From the NCBI RefSeq assembly GCF_000372725.1, contig NW_005201287.1:651081-715080 (forward strand): DNA of 64,000 bases. Reading direction: 5' to 3'. Of the stretch, positions 11,110 to 20,821 are shown piece after piece. The translations under genes were made by a program, and so were the position numbers. Under the pieces are notes generated by a model. It was not told the DNA's origin. It did no database searches and saw nothing but the letters and a program-made list of their open reading frames with translations. The stretch comes from Emiliania huxleyi CCMP1516. Lineage: Eukaryota. Every line of letters begins with the position of its first letter. Within the stretch, counting starts at the first letter, position 1.

Positions 11110-11193
11110 GCTGCTCTGCTGCATGACCGCCGCCCCGCTAAACGCTCGCCGACTGCGAGACGCGGGGAGGCGCGAGGAGACAAGCAGAGCGGC
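11110..11193 (+). promoter_or_regulatory. SECIS element (type II)
   Basis: Helix I GCTGCTCTGCT/AGCAGAGCGGC; core ATGAC (11123)/CGAG; helix II CGCCGCCCCGC/GCGGGGAGGCG; unpaired AAA at 11140-11142; apical mini-stem CTCGC/GCGAG. Confidence 0.88.
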
Positions 11194-11549
11194 GCGTCTC
11201 GACGGACGCGATCGCCGTACGCCGATCCGGGTGGACGGCGCTCGTGGAGCGCGCGACCGGGGGCGTAGCTGACCGTGCGGCGGACGCGCGCGTGTCCAAA
11301 ATTGTTCAGTTTCGGTGAATCTGCCTGACACACAAGCATCATAAAAGAAATAAGCGGAACCGTTCAAAACGCCGACGAAGCGATCGTAGGGTGGCCGAGA
11401 GAGAGAGGAGCCCGAGGCACGCTCCAGCGGGGTGCTGCCGAGTGTGTGGACCGCTGAACTCCCAACCGGCGGCGCCAGCAGCCCCCCCCCCCCCCCCCCA
11501 CGACGCGCGGACAACCCCCGAAAACTGCGCCATTTTGCGAGGCGCCGCG

Positions 11550-12030
11550 TTATCTCTCGTACTCGAGCACCGCAAAGGCTGCGCCGCCACGCTTAGGGTT
11601 GGTCTTTTCCCACTCCTTGGTGGTCGCGAGGGTGTGCTGCGTCGGGTCGGCCTCGAACTGCATCGGCACGTCCGACAGCTTCTTGAAGAGCGACTCCTGG
11701 TTCCACGCCTCCACTGCACGTCGCGCGCGCACAAGGGGTGGGTTCGCCGCCGCCAAGGGGAGGGGTTCGCGCGCGCCCTCGAGGCGGAGGGAGTCCGGAC
11801 AGGCGAGGTGGTGGTGGCGGGAGCGGGGGCGCGAGGGTGGGCCCGCGGGTGGGCGTCGGGGCACGGCGCGCACTCTGCTCCTTGAGCTTCGCCTCGGCCG
11901 CTGTTTTCGACATGCGCGTCGACGCGATCATCATGGAGAAGGGATTTTTGTAGGACTTGGCCTTGTTGAGCCGTTCGACAGGGTCACCACCGATGGAGGA
12001 TCGGGCCGTGAAGGCGCCCTCGCCGGGCAT
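11550..12030 (-). CDS. Small hypothetical protein, two exons
   Basis: Two segments with coding-like composition (MPGEGAF...KLKEQ and VEAWNQESLFKK...VLEYER*) separated by a GC-rich intron-like stretch. Confidence 0.6.
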
Positions 12031-12297
12031 AACTCACAAGCCGCGCCAGCGAGCTTTGTGGCTATTCACACTAACAGATGAAGATCTAGGCGCTCCACAT
12101 GTCGGCACCTCACAGTTGACACGTCCTCACCTAACTATGCTCGACAGGCTACTCATTGCTTCGGCCCTTCACAGCAGACACGTCGTGACCTAACTAACTA
12201 TTAGCGCAAAAATGTTTTTTTCGGAGCGGAAGAGTTCTGGCCGGAAGCTTCCGTCGTCTTTATGTGCGTGGCAGGCGTCCCGGCAGTGCGTCCGGAG

Positions 12298-14863
12298 ATG
12301 TCGTCACGGCATCTTCTCCTAGCGTTGGTCGCGGTGATGTCGCGGCCAATCAGTGCGGCTGGGAGTTGCGATTGCGTGATTCTGGGGTGGCACTACTCGG
12401 CCGAGATTGCGGCATTGATCTCCATCAATCGCACCGTTCCTGACGGCGCGATTAGTGAAGCTGTACTCCCACAAGGCTGTCTCAAAGGGCTGGAGGCCGA
12501 CTGCGAGGTCTTCGCAATCGGCCAACACTGCCGTCGCTACCCGGGTACAACAGTCACAGCGAACCTCGAGAGTTGCTGATCCCTTAGGTGGGCAAACTCG
12601 TAGCACCAGAGTGCAACTCTGCACAACGGGAAGAGGCTGTGGCAAACACCCTCCTCCTGACCTTCAGCTTCTCTAGCGCCTTCAAAGAGTGGCTGATCGC
12701 GGTGGCAGAAGCGTGCGGCGCCCACTGGGTGACGGCCGACTCGGTCCGTGCAGTGATGTCCACACCGCGGCGGCCGCCTGTGATGTGGGACCAGGCGGCC
12801 ACCGCGCTCATGCTCCTCCTGTCCGGGGGGGTCATCGGCCTCCCTAACACAGCGCACGAGATCTTCTACGCACAGGAAATTGGCGGCGCACAGTGGGCGG
12901 GGCTCGATGTCGCCGACTATGTGGAGCTCGGCTTCACGTGGGGGCAAGGCTACAGCGCCAAAGGGGCGTACAAGGGCTACCTTGAACAATTCAGCGAGCC
13001 CGGCGTCTACGACCCGCACGCCATGTTCCCACTCTCAACGGGCCCCACCATCGTCTACCCGCAGGTCATCCTGGAGAGGCTCATCGACGTGCATGCACCA
13101 GACTACTTCCAAGGCACCCCGCCACACCTTTCCCTCCTCATCGTACGGTCAGTAGGAAGGTGTCCCCTTCCCTCCTCTGCCCCTTCCCTCCTCTTCCCGA
13201 CTGACCACGCGGACGGTGCCTCCCCCTACCCCAGTCGAGTACTTTGTCTACCTCGCCTGGACGGACCGACGCATCTTCTCGCGTTGCGACGGGTTCATCT
13301 CCGACGGATCAGACTCGACAGATCCTTGCTCGCTGTACTGGCAGCCAGATATTGTGCTGCCCGACGCCCTGCTCGGCGACGAGGAGCCGCAGATCATCGA
13401 GGATCTCGGGCTTTTTACTCACGTTGGGCTGGAACAGGGACCGGATCCCACTATCGCCATACCAAACCACAACCGGAGCATCGCCTACCGGCAATACCGC
13501 GAGCGGGCAAAGTTCCTCGTCGTGCTCGACCAGGCGGACATCCCGTTTGACGACCACACCCTCAATTTCACCTTCAAATTGCCTTCGGGCGTCACCGCGG
13601 ACGAGGCGTGCTTCGCCACTGGCCCACCCGACGGCGACGGCCGCGACGCCACGATCGTCGAGCTATCGAGCATGCAGCTCGGCGGCGGCTGGAAGCAGGG
13701 CGACAAGCCAGACCTCTGGAGCGGCGATGCGTCGCAGGTGCGCCGCTCTCCGCGTCCGGCGCACCCGGTGTGGGACATCATGGACTTCACCGCGCACGTA
13801 GTACAGCGCTCTCGCGACCCGATTGTCGAGCTCGAGTCGACCGAGTGGTCGTACGAGAAGAACCCCGCGTATCGGATGCGAGAGTTGATCGAGGGCCCGT
13901 GGCTGCGCGCCCACCTTGAGAGCGGGGCGCACTCGGTTTGCGAGGTGACGTTCTCGCTCACCATCAAACGGCGCAACACGTACCACATCCTCAACTACAT
14001 TGTCACGCAGTCGCTGCTCGTGGTGCTCGGCTGGTGTACGTTTGGCATCGCCCCGTCCAACGTTGACTCACGCCTTGCAATCACCCTCACCCTCCTCCTG
14101 GCCATCAATGTCTTCCAGATCGTGCTCGTAGAGAACCTCCCGGAGATGGGCAATCTCTCTCGGCTGCAGTGGTTCACGGTGACCAACACCCTCATCCTCG
14201 CCCTCATGGCGATGGAGTCCATCATCGTCTGTCAGTGTTGGAAGCACGAGAAGCGGCGGCAGGAGCTCGAGGCGCGCATCAAAGAGCTGACCAACAACCA
14301 GCTCGCTGTGCTCGCCATCATGCGGCTGCAGCGAGCCTGGAGGCGCAAGAAGCAGCTGGACACGTGGCGGCGGAGGGCAGCGGCGGCGGCGAGCGCCCAC
14401 CAGTTGCCACGCAAGGGCAGGCTGAGCCCGCAGGGCATGGTGATCAGGACGAGCAACCCACCGGGCCCATCCGCCGTGGCGCCGACTCAGCAGGTGGAGC
14501 CGCAAGCTCACGCGGAAGGGGCACCGGCAGTGGCCGCCCCGGCCCGCTGCAGCCGCAGGTCGCGGCTCGATGACTGGTGCGGAGAAGCCAAGAGGGGTTG
14601 GAGGCGCAGACATGCTCACGTGTTGACGCAAGTCGCGCTGTGGTGCGACGCGCGCCCCTCTCCCATGATCCCAACAGCACAACACACGCGCGCGCACACG
14701 CGCACACACATGGACACGGACACACGAATTTGACTGGCCCTCTCTCTCGCGGGCGCGCAGGGGCGATTTCGTCGCGATGTTCCTGGTCTTCCCAGTGCTG
14801 TTCGCCGTGTCCGTTGCCGTGTGCCTCTTCGCGCCACAAACAGGTAGACAAGACTATGGCTAG
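12298..14863 (+). CDS. Pentameric ligand-gated ion channel (Cys-less Pro-loop) with long N-terminal extension, multi-exon
   Basis: Signal peptide; YLAWTDRR, WQPDIV, DIPFDDHTL (Pro-loop), LTIKRR before M1; M1-M3 (DSRLAITLTLLLA, LPEMGNLS); M4 FVAMFLVFPVLFAVSVAVC. Confidence 0.85.
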
Positions 14864-15164
14864 GCTAGGGAGAGGCGCGAGAGGGGGAGAGCCGCGCTCG
14901 CGGCTCGTGGAGGCTCGTCCCTAACTGTGAGTTGGAGTCGAGAGAGCTCTCGACCTCGAGTGTCGAGAGTCTCGAGTCTCGAGAGCGGAGTATAGGGAGA
15001 CTACTTTTGCACGCTACCTTATCGCTTTATTTTCGTGTTGGGTACGTAAACAGATGAAAACGACGCCGGGAAGAAAACGCGATAGGCGTAAGAGCCGGCG
15101 AGAGAACCCGCGTGCCAGCGAGAGGTCGCCTCGCAAGCGCAGCACTGCTGCGCGTCGCGGCCTC

Positions 15165-15858
15165 TCACAAGGCCGAGAGGGCAAGCACGAGCGAGGCGAG
15201 CGAGGCGCGGAGGCTCTCTGACTCCTCCGGCGGCAGAGGCACGCCGCGGGCGACCCTCGCGGCGAGCAGGCGCTCGGCGGCCTCGCACTCGCGACGCTGC
15301 GGGGCACAAGGAGCAACGGTCGGTCGGGGGCGAGGTGGGTGGGCGAGAGGCGCTTTGCAGGACCTGCAGCAGCCACAGCCGCTGAGCGACAGCGGCCTGC
15401 GCATCCGCCTCCGCCGAGGACACGGAGGAGATTGGAGGCGGCGGGGCGGGGGTCGGCGGAGCGGGTGGCGGCGGGGCGGGTGGCGGCGGGGCGGGCGGCG
15501 GCGGGGCGGGCGGCGGCGGCGGCGCGGCGGCAGGAGAGGTGGCAGAAGTTGGGATCGGCGGAGGCGGTGACTTCGAAAAGTCGACGAACCCGGTCTGGTC
15601 GAGGAGCGCCTCGTCCTTCTCGATCTCGGCAATCATTGCCTTCTGCTCAGAGGTCAGCTCGCGGCCCGTGGCTCTGCAGTGATCGAGATACGCCTTCATC
15701 TGCTGCCGCAGTGAGGCGTCAACCGGCGCAGCGTCGGAAGCGCATGCGGGAGAGTGACGCGCTGACGGCGAAAGGAGACGAGAGCCGGGGAGGACGAGAG
15801 CCGCACACGGCGTCACCGCGAACGCCGCGATCAGCTGGAGCGCTCTTGCGGAGGCCAT
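15165..15858 (-). CDS. Hypothetical protein with bipartite (signal + transit-like) N-terminus, possibly plastid-targeted
   Basis: MASARALQLIAAFAVTPCAALVLPGSRLLSPSARHS presequence, a helical domain and a poly-Pro linker; probably one intron. Confidence 0.55.
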
Positions 15859-15977
15859 CGTTGTGCTCTCGTGAGGCTGTGTTTTGAGGCTGTGAAAGCA
15901 CGCCCACCTGAAAGCACGCCCACCCGCGGGATTGCCCCCGAGGCAAGTGCGTCTGATTCACAGCTTAGGAGAGTACC

Positions 15978-16109
15978 CTGGCGAGTAGAGGCCCCGCCCA
16001 CCCAGGGTACCCTCTCGAGGGACCCATTGCTCTTTCGAGGATCGAGGTCTCGCCGGGGCTCTGCTCCAAGAGACCTCGGGAGAGCGTGCGTTGTGCCTCT
16101 ACTTGCCAG
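15978..16109. mobile_element. MITE (~132 bp) with TIRs and target-site duplication
   Basis: TIR CTGGCGAGTAGAGGC / GCCTCTACTTGCCAG (1 mismatch); flanking direct repeat GAGAGTACC at 15969-15977 and 16110-16118; second copy at 6221-6328. Confidence 0.8.
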
Positions 16110-16212
16110 GAGAGTACCATCGTTGTGTCCAGGCGAAAAGATTTTTTTGGTATCGAGTGCAAAAGAAATCGCCGCCGGCACTCAAACACACTACGACGGT
16201 ACTCCACTTCAC

Positions 16213-16803
16213 ATGGACGCCCTCGTACTCGCCGCATCGCGAATGCCGGGCGGCGGCGTCGGGCCGGCGAAGCTCACCGCACACCGGCAGGGGCGGGAGA
16301 TGTCCTGCTTGCACGACTGGAGAAGGCGACAAGCGAGCGCCGCTGCGCTTGCGAATCGGCTCCGAGTGACACAGTCCAGCGTTACGCTGCGTGAGATGGT
16401 GCCCGAGTCGCCGCGACGGCCTCGCGACTGCACGGCCATCCTTCCAGATCGCACTGCACGCGCAGCTGACGACCTCGACCGTGCCGTCCGGTTGTACGCC
16501 GCTGGCGCGTCCAAAGCTGCACGCGCAGAGGCCGAAAGGGCAGCAGAGGAGGAGGTGGCTCGCGTCGAGTCGGAGAAGGCGACCAGGGAGACTGCTGCAA
16601 GTTCAGCGGCGGAGGTGGTTGCGGCTCAGAGAGCCTCCTACATGTCGGAGGCGGCAGCTATCGCTGCACAACAGCGGCGCAGCGATATCTTTAGCTTACA
16701 GCGAGATGGAGAGGAGAGAGCCGCGGAACTGTGGCCACATGGCTGCGACGAGCGCGGGTACCGCGACCCGGCAGGTCGTGCTGTGACCTGGATCATGGAA
16801 TGA
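16213..16803 (+). CDS. Hypothetical protein with Ala/Glu-rich coiled coil
   Basis: Intronless ORF from ATG 16213; no recognisable family. Confidence 0.4.
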   Translation: MDALVLAASRMPGGGVGPAKLTAHRQGREMSCLHDWRRRQASAAALANRLRVTQSSVTLREMVPESPRRPRDCTAILPDRTARAADDLDRAVRLYAAGASKAARAEAERAAEEEVARVESEKATRETAASSAAEVVAAQRASYMSEAAAIAAQQRRSDIFSLQRDGEERAAELWPHGCDERGYRDPAGRAVTWIME

Positions 16804-17360
16804 GAAACAGACAAAGGCGATGGTCTGCGACAATCTGCATGATCTCAAAGGCACAAAACAAAACTGCAAAACGGACCGATCGGAGATGAGAAGGTGAAAT
16901 GTCCAGAGGTGTGTGACTCACTTCTCACTGGTTCTCGGCACTGTACGTGTTTTACCGCCACACCTAAAACCGGCCCACGGCCACGCAAGCGCGGTCGTAA
17001 AGCCGCGTAAACCGTAATTGCGGGGACGGCGCGGAACCCCGCGGGAACCGCGAACGGGCCGCTTCTCGCGCCTCTCGCTCTCTCCGGCCTCGCCCGCGGC
17101 GCCGCGCGCCGGCGGCGGCGCGGACCCGGGACGTGCGTCCGACACACACCTCACGCGAGACCTTCTCAGGGGCACCAAGCCCCCCCTGTACAGGCTGGCA
17201 TAAGTACGTGCTACAGGGCGCGCAGGGGCAAGATCCAAGAACTCAACCAACCAGAAACCGCGTCCCCGCGATCGAGGCGGCCCCGGGACCCGCCCCCGGG
17301 GCCCCGCGCCGCGTCCACGCCTGCTGCTGTGCTCGCTGCTGAGCTGCTCGTGTGAGTGTG

Positions 17361-18447
17361 TCACGCATCCTTGTTTTTCGCCACGGGCTGGGCAGGCGTC
17401 GACGGCATCGGGCTACCCGCCGGCGCACCCTCCTCCAGGTAGTCGTCGGCGGAGAAGGCATAGACGTGCAGCGGCGCAAAGATGAGGCACATCTCGAGCG
17501 AGACCAGCGCGTCTTGGATCATCGTGCTCCTCTCCGCCAGGTCAAAGAAGTGACCCGCGCGCACCACGCCGGCGGCCTCGAGCAGCTGCAGAACGATGCC
17601 CTGCCAGAAGCAGAACATGACGACACCCTTGATGCAGAGGAACTTGGCGAGCGGGCGCTGGTGCCTGTTCGCACAGTCGGACGCGTCTGCGGAGGCTCGA
17701 TGCGGGCAGGCGACGGGCCCCCCAATGGTTCCCCCGCGAGAGCTCCCGCTCGAAGGAGTGGTAGAAGAGGAGGAGGGAGTAGAGAGCGACGGTCATCGAG
17801 ACATTGAGCGCGACCGAAATGGGAAGCCAGACCCAGACTTTCTCGTACACGCCGAGGCCCGTCGCGGTGATTGTCAGGACGGCGAGGATTGGCCTCACGT
17901 ACACAAACTGCATCGCCCACCGCCGCAGACGATCGGCGACCCGCCTGTCGAAGGTCCAGTGCGAGGCGCCGCAGAAGAGCGGCAGCGGAAACGGCAGGTG
18001 CACCTCCACGCCCTTCAGCTTGTCGGGCACGCCCACTGCGGCGCCGTTCGGAGCGCTCACGCAACCTGTGTAGCTCAGCATCAGCTCGAGAAATGACCAG
18101 ATGCCTGCGCAGAGAGGCAATTTTCACAAACAAAAGGCGAGGGACGGAGGAAGGGTAGCTAGGGCATCCGGACCGAAGGCCTCGTAGCACTCCTTGGCAC
18201 CGTCGAGGACGAGGTCGAGCCACTCGGGTGCATGCAGGCCGACAGTCTTGCTGCCGCGCAAGATGAGAAGCGACACGAATGCATTGACAGCAAAAATGGG
18301 GACGCTGCTGATGATGACGACAATACAGCGCTGTTGCTGCGGGTTGTGCCAGTGGCGCCGGTGCTTGGCAATGAGTCGGCCGCTCTGCAGAAGCGTGAGG
18401 CCGCAGGACACGGCGCCAACCCAAAAGGTCGTGCGCATCATCCCCAT
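17361..18447 (-). CDS. TMEM184 / OST-alpha organic solute transporter family, multi-exon
   Basis: H..NP.QQRCIV.I...VPIFA, KECYEAF, QFVYVRP, KFLCIKGVV.FCFWQG, IQDALVSLEM...HVYAFS. Confidence 0.9.
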
Positions 18448-19036
18448 CGGTGCTCACGTGAGCTGCGCCCCAGACGCTCGCTGTGAGCTGTGAGCTGCGA
18501 TGGTCGCACGCAAATTTGATGTGGTATCGAAGAGCGACGCGTCGTCGTGCGTCCCGTCGCGCTGTGAGAATTCTCGCTCCCTGTCTAGAGCAGGTTTGTA
18601 GGTATGTTGTTAGGTGTCAAGCCAGTGGCGCCAGTCCCGTGCCCAGTGTCGGGAGAGGGAGCTTTTGTAAAATTATTTTGCTGTGTTGACTGTTGTTAGT
18701 GCAAGATCCTGCTCGTTGGGGACCCTGTCCATCTCCTACCGATCGTTTGGCGTCTCCGTTTTATTTTCCGTCTTTAATTTGTTCTATTTTCACCTCGCCT
18801 TTCCGAGTTTTACCTTCCTGGTCCGCCGTGTTTTACCTCCCAAAAGCAGCGCTCCGGACTAGCGCTCCCTCACGAGTACGACTGGACAGGGTGGCCCGCC
18901 ACAAGGACCCCAGGAATTGCGACTCGCCGCTTTCCTCCCGCTGTGATTCTGTGTGAGCTCTGTGTCTTGATCTGCCAACAATATACCTACAACGACTGTA
19001 GGTTCTGAAAGTATATACCTCTGTCTCCTGCCTTCG

Positions 19037-20329
19037 ATGAGCGACTCCATCGCTGCCTCGGATGTGTGCAGCACGAATGATCCGCCAGGCGGGCCTCGCG
19101 CCGATGCAGCTGTCGCAACTGCATCGGCGCCTGCAACGGCCGTCGCACCTCGCAGCGAAAAGGAGGCGCTGAAAGCCCGCATGACGGCATTGAGCACGGA
19201 ACTGCTCCTCCTCAAAAAGAAGGCAGCCACCACCGCAGCATCAAGCAGCAGTCAGCGTACCGCCCCAAATCCCTCAGCGCCGGCTGGCAATCGGCGGCTG
19301 GCAACGTCTGCCGCAAAGACCCTCCTCAAGACATATGTGCCGACGGCTCCTGTCGCCGTCGTCGGCTCCGTCGCGAGCGGGCTAGCGCTCGATGCTAGTG
19401 ACGTGGACCTCGTGGCGTGCCTGGCCGGCGTGAGGTCCGCGGCGACATTCCCGTGCTTGCTTGGGGACGAGCCGCTTGGCGACCCGCTGCTGGTGTTGCT
19501 CCTCTGCGGCGATCACCTCCCATCGGTGCGCGTCCGCAAGCAGAGCAAGAAGGCGAAGCGGACAGGCCGGCCACGCGTGCGCAACAAGGGCGATGTCGAC
19601 GCGGCACTCGAGTCCACCCTGGAGGAGCACGGCTTCGAGGCGCCGCGCTGGGCCCGCGGGTCGCCGCTACTACGCATGGTGCACAGGGCGACGGGCGTCG
19701 CAGTCGACGTGTGGATGGACGAGGCGGCAGCGGATGTCGCAGAGTGCGAGGCCAAGCGTCGGGTCGACGCCACGCGCGCGGCGGTCCTCGCGCCGGGCGG
19801 CGCGCTCCTCGCCGGGCTGCACTGCCTGCTGCGTCGTGCGGTGGGTCGCGAGCTGCGCGAGCTTGAGGGCTACGCCGGTGGCGGCGGAGCAGGCGGTGGC
19901 GAGGGCCTTGGCTCCTACGTGACCCTGCTGCTCGTGCGACGCTTCCTGCAGCGAGAGCGCGTTGCGACGGTGCAGCCGCCGCCGACCCAGGAGGCGCTGC
20001 TGGTGCCCCTGCTCACCTCCCTCGCCGCCACGGGCGGCGAGGACGAGTGCACGATCGAGAAGCTGGAAGACCTGCTCCCCGGCGCACCGCCACTGAAGGT
20101 CTACCCCGGGAAGGGCACGCGGATGCTGCGTGCGCTCTGCAGCACCCTCCTGGCGAGGCTGCACGCCGGTGCGAGCCTCGAGCCGCTCTTGCACTCGCAC
20201 GCGACTGAGGGCTGGGCGGTGCGCGCGGCGCTCGTGAGCGACGTGCTGGCCGCTGCCCAGGCCGGGGCGCAGGACAAGACCGCCAAGCCAAGCAAGCGAG
20301 CACGCCTATCTATCCCTGCCGAGGGGTAG
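19037..20329 (+). CDS. Trf4/Cid1-like (PAP/TUTase) nucleotidyltransferase, intronless
   Basis: Pol-beta NTase motif VVGSVASGLALDASDVDL, third Asp in PLLRM...GVAVDV, and the GLGSY..LL helix. Confidence 0.7.
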   Translation: MSDSIAASDVCSTNDPPGGPRADAAVATASAPATAVAPRSEKEALKARMTALSTELLLLKKKAATTAASSSSQRTAPNPSAPAGNRRLATSAAKTLLKTYVPTAPVAVVGSVASGLALDASDVDLVACLAGVRSAATFPCLLGDEPLGDPLLVLLLCGDHLPSVRVRKQSKKAKRTGRPRVRNKGDVDAALESTLEEHGFEAPRWARGSPLLRMVHRATGVAVDVWMDEAAADVAECEAKRRVDATRAAVLAPGGALLAGLHCLLRRAVGRELRELEGYAGGGGAGGGEGLGSYVTLLLVRRFLQRERVATVQPPPTQEALLVPLLTSLAATGGEDECTIEKLEDLLPGAPPLKVYPGKGTRMLRALCSTLLARLHAGASLEPLLHSHATEGWAVRAALVSDVLAAAQAGAQDKTAKPSKRARLSIPAEG

Positions 20330-20821
20330 CCGAGGAGGTGGCCGTCGGGTCCAACTGGGGGGGGGGGGGGGTCTTTCGCGGCGCACTCGCTTGCTTCTTT
20401 TTCGCCTCCAGCCCTGCGGGTCTTCATAGTAGACCGGAGGGCTACGAAGCCTTCACACTCCAAGGGGCTGTTCTCGCCCGGGACGACTCGACCCGGTCGA
20501 CGCTCGACGGAGGGTCTCGGCGTCGGGAGACGGCGGGACGTCGGACGAGAGTCGAGACGGGTCACGGGACTCTGTCTCTGATAAAAAGCAAAAAAGGCTC
20601 CGGGCCTCGGGGCGTGGACCGCGCGTCGCGCGTGGTCTACACAAAATGGTATGGGGGCTAAATGGGCCGGTTCGTAACGCGCGACACTCTCGACAGGCGG
20701 CTCTGTGGCCTGTGGCCGGCCTGCGCTGGGTCTCGTTGTGGAAAACACTCCGCGCGTGAGACAGATAGATGACAATGACAGTGCAATTGCAAAATCGAGA
20801 CGACACAATGACTCTCTGGGC

